A stretch of DNA of 64,000 nt from Raillietiella orientalis (lineage: Eukaryota), in the NCBI GenBank assembly GCA_036172245.1, contig JAYWIR010000035.1, positions 372,001 to 436,000 on the forward strand, in the 5' to 3' direction. Within the stretch, counting starts at the first letter, position 1. The number at the start of each line of letters is the position of its first letter. The notes under the pieces were generated by a model. That model searched no databases and had not been told where the DNA came from. It was given only the letters and a program-made list of their open reading frames with translations. Position numbers and translations under genes: made by a program. Positions 13,059 to 27,334 of this stretch are shown piece after piece.

Positions 13059-16000
13059 TCCCTCCTCTCTCAAGAAATCCAAGAGAGTAATTTTGCTTCA
13101 ATGAAATGTAACTGTTTAAACATAAGCGAAGCCATTAAAACTCTGGCTTCCAAATTCTGCAAAAACATGAAAAGCAAGTGACAGATTATGTTCCATGTTA
13201 CAATTTGAATACCAACATCCACTCTATGCATAAGATTACACGAAACTTTTCACTGAAAGAATACTTGCTACTGACGACACATTTTTATAATGAGTCTTGC
13301 TATATTTTCCTTTATGTATGGAATACAAAATGGCCTCCAATATATACAAATCCAGTAATTATATTTCAGTGCTATTTACGTTTGCTTTATTAGTTCACTT
13401 AAACAAAGCTTGAAATCTTCAAAACATTGTTTCCTTGCAAGCGCATTCCCACCCAACATCCATATTACAGTTTCTAATGGCGTCGCCTTCGTTGCTGTAT
13501 TCAATACCTAACGAATAGCCCTATTCAAACGTCGAAACTGGGAACACGTTCGTACGTCTGGTTTCACCTGAATTTTTCCAGTCAGAAATCTCGACCGTGA
13601 TTCAAACCAAGAACGTGCCGATTTTGATTGCATATTTATGGACGCAATTAATGCTGTGTTTGAGTTTGTCGAGTTACATTTACTGAAAATACGAATTCCG
13701 AATCAATCAACTTGCTTGCTACACAGGAGCAGTGATACAGAAGTTACGTAATTATAACAATTTGAAGCTATCAAAATTCTGATGATTCTGATTTTTGCTA
13801 TTCAGGCTGATTTCAAGCATAAGGTTTTGAGAGAAAAAAAAAAACATTTTAATTAGGTGAAAGCAATTTTTCATTGCATGATTATTAAAAACATGTATCG
13901 CCTCTTTAAATTTATCTTGGCCTCTTGCATGTATTAAAATACTTATTATGAATGATCCGATGCAATTTCTGCATCTATAATAATATACATTTCTTACACT
14001 GAAACATAGAGCGTGCGATGCAATGAATAATATTCATTGATTAAGTCATTAAACATTAAATAATCCAAACAAAAAATTGTAAGCGGTATGCAGTCTTTTG
14101 TTTTTTTTCATTTTTTCATTCCGAAATGAGAAAGTGTAATCAGTGAAATTAATGACTTCATTGAACAAAACAAGATTCATTCAACAGATTTCCGTGACAC
14201 TGTATCTTTACTGTCTCGAAATAGTAAGTTTTCCGCGAAAATTTAATATGAACTCTGTCAGTGTGAAAAAATTCAAAGATACAAGTGAAAATAATGCCTT
14301 TTCAGCTGTCGCCGGAAAAATCTGTCTTCATACGATAATACCTTCCATTAGTTTGGAACGATAGCAAACAAAAAATCAAAGTATTATTTGTAAATAGTGG
14401 GATACCTGAGACGAAAATGGAACCTTGAATCCCATCAAAGTTGTATAAACAGAACTAATCATAAGAGACATTGCATTTATTAGATGGCATTCGAAATTAA
14501 AGGCATGGAACGCCACTGGATTTGAAGTAGTTTGAAATTCTCCCGTCCCTCTGAACATTAGATTGAATAATGTTATGATATGCTTGTAACGAAAAGTCGC
14601 CTTATTTCACTGTGATGTTTTATTAATGAAAAATAATGTTTAACGATTATCTATTAACTGGACAACTCTGGTGCAATCGTGTTAGATAACCTCGAGACAC
14701 AAGAACTGAAGATTCCTGATATGACATAAGTTCATTATTTGTACGTGAATAAGGGCAATATTTGAGTCTGGTTGCCAACGAAGTTTATTATGCTTTCCTA
14801 TACTGATCTTTTAGAAAAAAACAAGAAGTAACCCTAATCACAGCTGGGACACAAACTTAAAACGTGCCTATTCGAAATAGCCGTAGATGGTGTGACTGCA
14901 TTAGAATTGTAATTTCTTGTAATACAATTTTTCAAAAGACAATTTCTTGAAAATTACCTTATTTATTTAGGTGAAATCTCGGTTCTTGCTTCACTCCTTG
15001 GATTACTAGGTAAGAGGATCCTATTCGATGAACTCATCTGTTTTTACGTGCAGTAAGAACTTTATATCAAAGCAACCAGGATTCCAAAATATATCTTTGT
15101 TATGCGTTAATTTTTGTATTTCGAATATTAGATACAGAACTTCTGGACAGATTAAAAGGAAGATTATTTTTTCACATGTAGAAACATTTTTAAATGCATA
15201 CTCATTAAAAATTGCACATTTCTGAACATGAAAGCGAATGAGCTCCAATAGTGAAACATGCTAAAACAGAATTGACCGAAGAATTAAACGCAATTAGAAG
15301 ATGAAGAAAAACAAGTATCGAGTCAGTAGCATTCAACTAAATCATTTCATACCACATCAGTTTGATACATAATTGACATCTTTTTAGCTCTTATGAGCCA
15401 CGCACAAAAATACGTGAGGCATTAGCTATATACAGTGTCAATCAAAGATTATCATTTGTACTTCATTAGTTGTATACATACTTAAGTAAATGCTACAGGG
15501 ATTAAAAATGTAAAACAATCTTCTCAGGTAAAAATACATTATCGCAGACAATATCCCGCAGACTAAAATTTTTTGTTCAAGATTCCACTATGCTGAAAGC
15601 AATTCTTGATATTTCCTTGAAAAAGTAGAATCTTCAATTCATTCAAAATGCAAATGTAGGGCTTAAAATTTTAGCATATTCTCATAACGAATAGCAGAAA
15701 TCGAATACAAAAAAAGGTTCCATCTAATTTGTACCAACAAGAAATCTACACTTATTTAGGCAGATCACCTAATTTACTCTTTAAAAAATTCAGCAGTTCA
15801 AGAGCAAAAAAACAAATCCAATAGCAGCTAAAAAGCTAAAAAGTATGTTGGAGAAATCCAAACACATGAGCAATGAAAATTCTACACAACGACCTATTTT
15901 CAACGCCTTAAAGCGCGAAAATATTTTCATTACATTTGCAGGTCTCTGGCGAAATAGAGTAAAACTGTTTACTTCGTCCTGCTATCATCTCTTGATATCT

Positions 16001-19000
16001 TGAGCTGCTAACGCTGCTGACTGAAAGAAGTGGACAGTACATTGGGAAAACAAGTCATAATCATGCATATTAGATGTATATTAATTACAGCAAAAAGCAT
16101 CCATCCATAGCGTTCGTTAAAATTGTAATTTGTCTATAGTGTTTTAGTTTCTTATTTTTGTTGTTTCATTTAAGAAATGGATTTTTCGAAACTACTCAGA
16201 AAATGATGTGCCGAGATGGAGGAGTATGGGTAAACAGGAAAATGTAAAATATAAAACTTAAAAGTTAAATATAAATTAAAGAATTAACAAAATTCAAAGG
16301 GAATAACTCCGAATATTCCTCAAAACCACAGTCAATCTTGAAGGATAGCCACCTTGCGACATAGATCAGGGCAGTCATAGATCGGGGCAGTTTCTTATTT
16401 GAAATATTTGCATTTCCATATCATCTACCTTTGCATGCTTTGAGATGATGGAGTTCTTGTTTTTGTATGAAGCGAATTTAAATTTTACATCCCATGGACA
16501 TTTCTGATTTTTATTTGTATGATTCACATCGAATTTTATGGCTCACATATCATTGTACACCGACAGGCACTTTTTCAGATAATATTTACTTGAGTTTCGC
16601 AAGCTTAAATGAACTCCAATTCTTATCATAAGCTGTGGATGGGCGAAAGCAGCGGAGTTGTAAATTCAACGATTCCTAGTTAATATTTCATCAAAGGCTC
16701 TCCTTTGTTTCTTATTATACGCAGTTATTTCTTCACCCTTTATTAATTATACAGATAATTAATTTAGCACCTTTGCGCTTCTACTTTGTAAAAAACATCT
16801 GGACGACATAATATCTTTCTTCCTTTCCTCAACAAATAGTAACAAATAATTGATATTTATTTCAGTAGAAATTGTATCCCTTTTAAAATGAATAAACTAA
16901 TGAAATATAAACTGCAATACTTCTTCATTCGCATTCATTCTTTTGTACGTATTCATGTTTCTAAAAATTGACGAATACATACTTAACGATGGACTAGAAA
17001 GAAAGAGCATATTGCCAGAAAACAAGTATCAGCATTGAAAAATTTCATTTGTAGATCAATGTTGTACTGTTTGCTCCAACCAGAACACATTTCAAACGCA
17101 ACAACCTAGAATCCAAAGAGGGGAATTCATAATCCAGTTTCTATATTTTTTTTCCATTATTCTGTAAAATGGGTTGTAAAGAGCGTAAAAACTGCATCAG
17201 CAATGAGTGCAAATGAATGAGATGTATTTTTGAACTTTCTAATGCTTTAATAGCAAATGCTGAGTTTTTTAATCCTATCCTAGAACTCTCGAAAATATTT
17301 TCAATTTCTTGTGGTTTCTGCACTTTTTTTTTTTTTTTTAAAGACCTGATATTTAGAAAATGCAACCATATAAGAATTAAGGTTGTAAGTCATCGGTACC
17401 TACTACGGCAATACAAATGGATCTACTGGAATTGTATACAGCAAATTGTAAAGCCAAAAGAACCTCAGTTTAAAATTTGAAAATTTCAGCTCCAAATTTT
17501 TTTATTACATCAGAGATTTAAGCTCCATAATTCTGTGCATACTTGAAGTGACATTTTGCTCAGTTAAATTGAGGAGGTAAATATTTAGCATTAAAACAAC
17601 GATGTTTTTATGGACTTTGAAGTTCTGAAAAAACTATTAATGCATCAGAATTACAAAAGCCAAAAATTTGTCTGCAGTTATGAGATTTCCTTAATAGAAG
17701 TTTTGATTTTTACCACCTGGTTTGTTTTAAAAGAAAATATGGAGTTAGTTAGATCTAATTATATCTAGATAATCGAGATGATTTCCGAGGAAAAAAAAAA
17801 AAGAAATAAAAGCAAATTTGGCCATTTAAAAAAGGTCTTTGTGGACGCAGTTAAATATAGGTTTTCTCACAGAATTTTTCGTGACTACTGGATCCTCGAA
17901 GATAAAACTCATGGAAAGCTGAGTCGCAAAAATGAATAGGAAATAAACGAAGGCAGATTCTGTGTTTGCAATTTTCAAGAAAGGAGAGGAATTTAGCTCA
18001 CACATCTTCGAAATTTTTTAATAAAAACAACCCCCAAGTCCCCCCATCAAGTGTTTGGGTGATTTTCAAAACTTGACAGCTCTTTTTATTGCCGCTATTG
18101 TAAGAAAGGGAAAATGAATCTTCGTTTGATGTGGCGTCGGGTGATTAGACTGGTATATGGTACTTTTTTGAGGAAGGGTTATCTGAAGAACTTCCAAAGC
18201 GATCGCTAATATTTTGGTTCATGTAATGAATCTGAAATTATTTTGAATATTGATCTATGTTAATAATGATGTCTACATTAATGCAATCGACTAGTTTCTT
18301 TTTGAGTTCTTAGTAGCTCTGCCTGAAGATGTAACGGGCCTTCACTTCTTGTAGCTCAGCGCTGAAAGGCAAACTCGTTTTCCTCAAAACTCGAAGCAAT
18401 GAATCACCCATGAGAGTGCCCGAGTTGCTATAACCTCAGCTTAGGTCTTCGAAGATGAATCAACACAAACAAGAAGGGTCTTAGCACCCAGGTAGGTGTT
18501 GACACGCGTGATGTCATCTACATATGACCGAGGTAGCGCTGCAGATAAACAGTAAATGCTACGTGTGTTGCTGTCAGCTGTATGTATCGCCTTATGTATA
18601 GCACCTGAAAGCTCGGCTCGGGGCAGTCATAAAAGATGAAAAGTTTCTGCAGCTGGAGAATTATTTGCACTTCATAGATAAATTAAAGTGCCAATTTTTT
18701 TCACATATGAAGCTGGATTTGCATGATGGATCATTGTGAAATTCAAGCGCTCTGCTGTGTCATGTTGGTCAACTCGTAGAGCTTTAAACTGAAGCATTTA
18801 CTGCATTCATGCTAAAGAGGTGTTTCACTAAATGTTGCATTGCTTTAAATAATAAGCACTTTTAAAAGAATAAGGTTTTCCTCACTTAAAATCGTCAAAA
18901 CGGTGTTTGCCAGTTTGCAGCTGAAATTCGAATAAATGTATGACCACGAATCGTAATTTTTTGCTTCTAAATAAAATAAATCACGATCTCGGATAGAGAA

Positions 19001-19152
19001 ATATTATAAATAAAAAATAAACCAAAAAGTGGGAATATTTCAAAACAGCGCTCTTTTATTAATAATGGAATTCAAATTGCAGTTGATCAATTCGCCTGGC
19101 AGATGCATGTTCACGTACCCAACCGTGCACAGCATGTTACCAAAGGGTCATA

Positions 19153-22100
19153 ATGAGCTGGTTTCACACATCAAATTTTGCAAACATTGCGAAATCTGCC
19201 TTGAAAGAAGCCCAAAAGACCATTGACAAGGCCTTGGATATAAGAGATTCGGTAGAGGAAGCTGAATCAGGTAATCCAAAGAATTATTCAGATTGTTGGC
19301 TTTGGCTCCACGCAGCATAATATTACACCAAAATTCGAACATTGTGTGTCTATTAATTATTAGCATCCTCAATTTGTGCAGCGGAATTTTATATTTGTTG
19401 AAAATCAAGTTGGTTCTTTCGATCCGTTCTGTTCAGACAGGAAAAGTGCCAACGTTTGTTTCAGCAAATTGCTGTTTCACCAATTCGTATGTCGATCTTC
19501 AAATTTCAAATCACAAAGAGGTTTGAGTTTCTTGTGCAAAAATGATAAAAGCAAATGGAGGTTAAATGAGCAAGCTTTTATTCTTATGAAAAAATATTGA
19601 AGATTCTTAACGTTTAAGAGATCTATTTGTTGCCTTATGTTTAATTTTCATATTTCATTATTAACTGTTGCTCATTTGCTTCATTAGAATTAGCCCACTG
19701 AATTCTAAATGCCTGGTGATGATATCACCAAATTTGAAGTGTTATAAGCAACACAAAGTAGGGTTTGTGGTTCAATGAAACTATTCTATAATTGGTGGAA
19801 TGTGTTGAAAGCATTTGTAGTTTTAATAAAGTCATGATTTGACCAAAGAGCATAAAGTCGAACTTTTTTTTTATAGAATTCATAAAAATTACTGAAACAA
19901 ATGTGCAATTATACCAGATTTCATAATGATTACAAATATAGGTGTATTTCTTTCTGAACATATTGAAAATTTGTAAACTCTGATTTGTATTACGAAGTTA
20001 AAGATGATCGTTCCTTTACAATGAATCTGTTTGCCAGTGAAATTACTTTCACTAGCCAATTAGCATTGCAGTGTAATTAAATTATTGTTTTCTTTATAAA
20101 TATGTATTGTGAATGGCCAAAAATTGCACACATGAATGAATTATATGTCACATATATGAAAGCCTAGATTATTTTCTTTTCACCCATTAACAAAATATTT
20201 TAGTTCATGAATATGAAAACATTAGTTTCTGTGATCATATGCAACCCTCTCATGAAATTAACGAGCATATTTTACAAGAAAAATGTGAGCAGAACTTGGA
20301 GTGTAATTTACAGAAAGAAACTGAAGTTATCAAAGTAAGCAGTTAATGGTCTTAACAAGAAACCAAATTGATGCAGTTTTGGGTATGTAAATCTTAAATG
20401 TTGCTTGTTGTAGGTGCCTTTTAATATATTGGAAGAACCTTATGTTTATGCTGTACAGCAAATAAATGGTTCAGATGAAATAGTTGAAGGAAACTTTAAA
20501 GAAAAGTATGAAGTCTTCCAAAAATGTCCTGACCATAAAGGGGAATTTGGTACCAATAATGAAGTACTAATAGGTAAAAGACCTGTACTTTCTTTAGTTT
20601 CAAATTAAAACAATTTCCTCAAATGGAATTAATAATTGAGGTTTGATTTCAATTGTCAATGTTTTTTATTTAAAATCTAGAAGTTCAGAAGCTAAATTGT
20701 TTCCAAAACTGAGGCAATATAATCTCCCTTTGTTTCCTTGAATGAATCATTATCACTCTCTCATTTATAAGTTATTTTGGATGCTATATTTACATGCACA
20801 TAGCATCCAAAATAACTTATGACTACATAAAAAATTTCTGTTCTATGGTTGCAAACCATTAACAAAATACAACTGCTACAGGGTTGCAAACCCTGTAGCA
20901 GTTACATGACACAGACATGTAACTGCTACAGTTTCTGTAACATAAACTTTTTTTGTTATAGTTAATTTTATAATTACCAATAATAAATGGCAGTCCAAGC
21001 AACAACTATGCAATGTTATCTATAAATGTTTATTTTTGGAAATTATGAAACCGGTTTACAGATAATCTCTTAATATCTCGAGTTTTATTTGCTTATTTGT
21101 AATGACTCAGACAATCCATAGAATGGATATAAAGTTTTGTCTTGAAATAGAGTTTAACCTCTCGGGATTCAATGCAAAGATAATTCAGCTCTAACTTAAT
21201 TTGTTGAATTTCCCACATTATGGAGATAATAATTTTCATTGATGATTGAAACTTTATTATTCATTTTAGGTTATTACAAAGCTATTGTTGGAATGGCTCT
21301 GGAGAATCTTCTGCAATTGTTGTTTTCTCAGATTTGCATTACCCCTTTTTTACTGATTTGTTTGTTGTAATTTGTTTGGAGTAATTTTACAGTAATTCAG
21401 GAAATGTATTGCAGTTTTAGAGAAACTGTTAGAAGTGATATCTGTGCATGAGGACTATCATCACAGGGAAAATACTGAAAATAGTTTGGATGCATCTGCA
21501 CCATACAGTCACTTCATTGATCACCAACCTGTGCAATGTGAACCAGGTAAATGAATTAGATGCCTTAGTGAGTTATTAGCACTTAAGATTCGGGAAGGAT
21601 TTTAATCATGATTTAAATATCATTGAAAAAGTAAGCATCTTTAGTAGCATGAGTTCAGCTTTAACTGTCTGATAGAAATTTAAAGTAAATGACAACTTTT
21701 TTGGTAACCATTCAAGCATGTCATTGAAACTATATGTGCAAGTTTAATTTTGATTAGAAATGATATTAAGAATAGAAAATACTTTGAACACTTGCCTGTG
21801 TATTTCTGAAAATATTTGATGAGCTGTAGTTGTATTGATTGCCTTTTCCCAAAATGAGAAAACTGACGATTTTGGGATTAATTTTTTTAATTAAATTACA
21901 CAATTATTAAAATAGATATTTATTTAAAAGTGCACAACTATTATAAACTAAAAGTCGATGTTGGTGATGTGTAACTTGAAAAGTGATTAAAACTTATGAT
22001 GATTCTTGCAAAGTCTTTAAAGAAGATTCTTAAGAGGAATACACAAAAGGAAAGATTGAGATTTGCCAAAAATTTCGAGTACTTGCAAATTAGAAATTTT

Positions 22101-25100
22101 ACCGATTATTTAGGAATTGCTCTAGCTTCTTTGGTTTTTAGATTTTTGCAAACAATCCTTACATTTGGACTTTCTTGTTCTAAGTCTTTGTAAATATTTG
22201 ATGTTGATTGCGAGAAATGAACATATTTCTGTTCATTTTTTGCAAGGCCCTGTATTGTCATTCCTTGTTTTCAGTTTCCTTTGGGATTTAATAGAATTCC
22301 ATTTTTAACTATATTCTTTATGTAAGTAAGAATAATCAGTTTGGTGGTTTTTTGGCAGACATATTAATGATCAAAGTTTTAGATGTTCAAATTGTGTACA
22401 ATAAGGCAGTTTCTAAAGCATTGAACTTTCAATGTGTACTTGAAAGCATAGTCTAGGTATAATCACAGGATTTATGGATTTCAGGTTCATGAAAATTCAT
22501 GAACTAAGATTATATGTAAAATAAATAAGTTATCCATGTTAGAGTTTTCAAACTAATTTAGTTTACCCTATGCCTATTGCATATTTACTTAGAGCAATAT
22601 ATTGACACTTAAGTTTTGTAGAAATGTGTTCACACAATTTGGCACCAGTTATCACATTAGAATTCTCTTCAAAGGAACATAATGCATTACCATCATTCAA
22701 TGAGGTTTGTGATTGCTTACTTGTGATTGTTTTACTGGAAGCATTTTTTTCTTTATTTAGAGTTTGACGAATTGTAAGGTAATTAACAACAAACTAGCTA
22801 CAGAAAACTATACTGAAGCACCGGTAAAATTAAAAAGAAGTGATACATCAACAGAGTAAGCCTATTTACATCATAGTTTTCATTGGTTTTTGCAGACAGC
22901 TAAATATGATGCCATACCTTGCAAATGAAGGTGAAAAAACACAGACAAAACCCGTTTCTCTTAATGAAAATTGGAAAAAGAAAGATGTAAGCTCTCTTGT
23001 ATCTTTGGAAGTTTTTTACTAATATGTACATCAAATCATTGAATTCTCCTCAAACAGCTTGCATCAATCCTGCCTCTTCTCTCAGAAAAAGATAGGATCA
23101 TAAGGGAACTGAAAGAAGAAGGGGAAAAATTATCTAAACAGCAATTGCACCAACAAACCTTGATTAAGAAACTGAGAACTAAAGAAAAAGAAAACGAAAA
23201 GTGCCTATTTGATTTAAGGTTGGCATTAACATGCAAGATCTAAATGCTGATAATAATCTATCAGAGAGCAATTAGAGCAAAGTGTTCTAAAATTTAAAAG
23301 TATGCAGCAACTGCTGTTATCAAAAGAAGAGAAGGAAAAGAATCTTCATGATACAGTAGAAAAACTAACTGAATTATTACAAGAGCAACAACAGGAGTCA
23401 GATATATTACGCAAGAAACTCAAAGAAGCTGAAAATAATATTGAAACATTGCAAAAAACACTTGATGTCTCAAATAAGTACGTTTTGCATATTAAACTTT
23501 TGACCCATTTTTAAATATTAGGAATTTGGCTAATATGCAGCAATCATTGGTTCTTGTACAAGATAATTGTGAAAAAAAAGTGCTTAATGCTGATACTGCT
23601 TGCAAGCAACAGTTACAGAAATATATGGAAGAGCAGCAAGATATATTTCGGCAGAAAGAGAACGCATTAATGCAACAGTTGGAGAATTTTCAAAATCTTC
23701 AGGTTCAGTTTCATGCTTCCGCCAGCAGCAGAGAAGAGGGACTTAAACAACATATATCAGAACTTCAGAAGCAACTTCAGCAAAGCGAATTGAAGAATGA
23801 AGAATTAAGTAGAAATCTTATTACAGCAACACAGCCCTTGTTGCAGCAGATAGAAGCTCTTCAGGCTTCATTTGGTCTCCAGCAGCAAACTTGGGAGCAG
23901 TCTGAAAGCTATCTTCGGGAACAAGCTTGTAAGTGTTTTCCAGTTGCAATCGGTTTATAGATTTTTCAGATAAAACACAGAAACAACTTGCCTTGACAGA
24001 AGAGCATCTTAAATCATCTACTGAAAAAATCAGGACTTTAACTGACCAGATAACAAAGTCACAAAAGGATTTGGCTAGACAGCAAGAAGCAAATGCATTT
24101 CTCACAAAACAGTTGCAAGTAGAAAGTAAAAAACAGCTATCCTTAGAAGAAGTTAATACTAGGTGAAAAACTGAGTAATGGGAATTAACAGGAAAAAATC
24201 CAGCATTTTAGATAAACTTCGACAGGAAAATGAAGTCCTACATAAGGAATTATCCCAGTTAAAAAAACGGCATTATTCTCTCCAAACTCAACTGGAAAGA
24301 AGTTTCAGAAAAGATGCTTTTATGATGAAGGTGATCCCGAACGTCTTTGCCATATTGCTTCTATGATATTTTGTAGGAGCAACAAGATGATGAGCAAAAA
24401 AAAGAACATAAACATAGTAATTCTTTGGTGTTTGCAAGCCCAACTTCGAATCAGAAAAGTTTGCAAATCTGCCAAGAGAATCCACTTGGTAGCTGGCAAG
24501 TGAGTATGCCATTTTAAAGTGTAGTTTGTTTATTATGTGACAATGTAAAAGTGTTAGAATCATTTCATATTATTATATGTTTGCTTGAAGCAGATTGACT
24601 TAACATTAAGTTGTCTTGTTGATTCCATCAAGAAATTATTATAGGTTTGTTGTATTATATATCTTCAGTTAAAGTTTCTTTTAATGCAAGTCTTATTGTC
24701 TGTACGCTCCACAGCTCAAGCTTTAGTGTCCTATTGAGTGTAGTCCTATTGAGTTATTCAATGGAGAAACAAACATTCGAAACTTTGAAGTTTTGTTTAA
24801 AAAGTTATTTCATGTTGCCTAGTTTCTAACAGGAATTATAACAAAGTAAGAATGTATGGATTTGGTGGAAGCTTAAGAATGGGATGACTTGAAAATTAGT
24901 GAAAAATGCTATACTATTCTTAAATGAATAATTTATGTATTCTGTGTTAAAGTTGGTTATTCATCACTGATCTCTGGTATTGTTTCAGTGCTAATGTGCA
25001 TGTTCTGTTTTGGTTATTTTGACTAGGACTTGATCCCAGTATATTGGATTGTATTATGTGAACAAATATTGTACTAATATATGTCCAAATCGAAATTATT

Positions 25101-27274
25101 GTTTAGAAACAAAAAAAAAGGTATTCTTTGAGAAAAAAATTCTAAATCCATAGAATTTTGAAGATTTATATTTGTGTTCAAACAAACATATGTACGATTG
25201 AATTATGTATGTATATATGTTTGAGTCTCTTATTGTATTTTTTTAAACTCTGCATTGTGGATCGGAGATTGTTAAATGTGTTACATAGGCAGTGTTACCT
25301 TTTTTTTTAATACTCCATCTTTTTATCATAGAATTGAATAGTTTTTTCCTTATTATTCACGATTGCAAACAAATCCATGCGATGCTAATCACAAAACAAC
25401 CATTTAAGTTAAGGTCTTGCCAGGTTATTTGTGAACATATTAGGCCTGTATCTTGTGTGAACAAACATATGAGTCAATTCTTGCTATTTTTTAGCAATTT
25501 AAGTTTGCTCAATCAAGATTGCATGCTCAATGAAAGTTGCATTCTAATGTGTCCTTTTATAATTAGCAATCTCCATAGAATAAAAATTATATCAACATTT
25601 GAAAATTAGTTCAAGGAATTGAATTAGCATGCAAAATTTACATTTTTCAAGGAAAACACATAGATAAGCACATAGTTAATAAATTATGCTCTTAAAATAT
25701 TTGTATGAAACATATATGTGAATGTGGTTTTTTTTAACTTGATGAACTCATTAAAGTGTGGAAACTTACATTCTTTCCTATGAAAATAAAAGTGTTTAAA
25801 ATAGAAAGTTGTAGAAAATCAAGGGTACATATTTATTACTATATGCATGAGGGTTTGAAGCTAACTTTGTTATGTTCTTTTGTTGAGTAGGAAAATGAAA
25901 ATTGATGATAATTACATCGAAATTTAGGGAGTGTTTTGAACCATAGTCTGCAGCAGTTGTGCATTTTTCTTGCTTTGCACACCATTTTGCATATTTAATT
26001 AGCCCAGTGTAAACGTTCAGCATTTTTGACATTTGTTAACTTCCAGTTAATGAAGGTTTTAGCTTTTCTTTTTAGTTTAAGTCAGGGGTTTGTTTATCAA
26101 TTAAAAATTGCTAAAGATTTAGTTAGACTTGTAAATCATCTGTTCACCAAATCATGTGAAGAAAACATTCAGAAAAAGAAGGCGCCGAAAAATAGTTATT
26201 ATGTATTTAATTTAAAAAAATGTCCCTCATTTCATTCAGTTGTGGTGTTACTTGATTTCATCCTTTTCAATTTTCTTCCTTCTAATTTGGCAATAAACAT
26301 CACAGTATGAAGTAGTAAAAAATCATAGTACAAAAAGATCAAAAATAGATCCCAATAAATTCAAATAAGAAGTGAGTCATATTTAGCAGCCACCGAGAAT
26401 ATTCCGTAATTCTGGTGAGCAGTGTAAAATTTAAGATACTTAAGCAGTTTTTAAAAAATATTAAGTATGTTGCAATGCATCACAGTATGAAGTATTTATC
26501 TTTATCTCGTGAAAAAAATCCACAACATTAATTTACTTGTCCATAGTTTAATTAAAATCTTTAGAAATCGAGATTTTAATTAATCAATCTATTATTTTAA
26601 CAAAACTGTAAGTAGAAATCAGCCTTTTTCTTTTTAGAAAAAGAAACTATTCCAGTTATGTTTAACCCACAAAATGTACTTTACTCAAGTTCGAAAGCAG
26701 TTCACAAAATTTCATTCACATTACTTGTGCTACTTTTCAGAATGGATCTTTGGAATTTGTGATTTCTAATCCAGGACTTTCATTTCCTACGTGTGAATCA
26801 CCATCTTTAGAAAACTTAGTTAATCAAGTAAAACAACAGCATGGTAAAATTGAGCCAAGGTTTATTCGTTTCATTGCATTTTGATTTTGTTAGGTCAGAT
26901 TACTCAGTTGCAGTTTGAAGTAAAACGATTAGAAAATTTGAGAAAATCGCTGGAACATGAGATCCTTGATTTAACGAAAATAGATCATTCACATGCTGAA
27001 ACAGGGACAATGCTTGAAAATCTCCAAAAACAATTCACAGAGTTACAGCAACAGCATGCTGTATTGTTGCAGGTATCTCCTTACAATGTTGATAAATTTG
27101 CAATATTGCAGGCAGCTGTATGGTGAGAAACTCGAGGAGTCGGAGGAGCTGAAGCTGGATTTGATAGATTTTAAAGAAATGTATAAATCCCAGGTATGGA
27201 AAGAACACAAACGTGAATGCATAAATATTCGTTTTTAGCTTAATGATTTACTACAGCGTGAACAATCGCAATAG
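19153..27274 (+). CDS. TMF1: TATA element modulatory factor (golgin TMF/ARA160), multi-exon
   Basis: N-terminus MSWFHTSNFANIAKSALKEAQKTIDKALDI (ATG 19153); central ELKEEGEKLSKQQLHQQTLIKKLR and ATQPLLQQIEALQ coiled coils; C-terminal LLQLYGEKLEESEELKLDLIDFKEMYKSQL...TAG 27272-27274. Exons between about 19.3 and 22.9 kb are not fully resolved. Confidence 0.92.
20767..20931. repeat. Cluster of perfect inverted repeats in a TMF1 intron
   Basis: 21-bp arms 20767-20787/20800-20820; 6-bp arms 20845-20850/20854-20859; 15-bp arms 20871-20885/20889-20903; 16-bp arms 20893-20908/20916-20931. Confidence 0.95.
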
Positions 27275-27334
27275 TTTTAAACAGTTCAGATTCTGAATAG
27301 AAAGTTTATTTTTGGTCAGTGCAATCAACTCTCC

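Noticed and set aside
16360..16391. 16-bp tandem duplication catagatc(a/g)gggcagt
   Set aside because: Two adjacent copies with no spacer; an ordinary local duplication, not an array.
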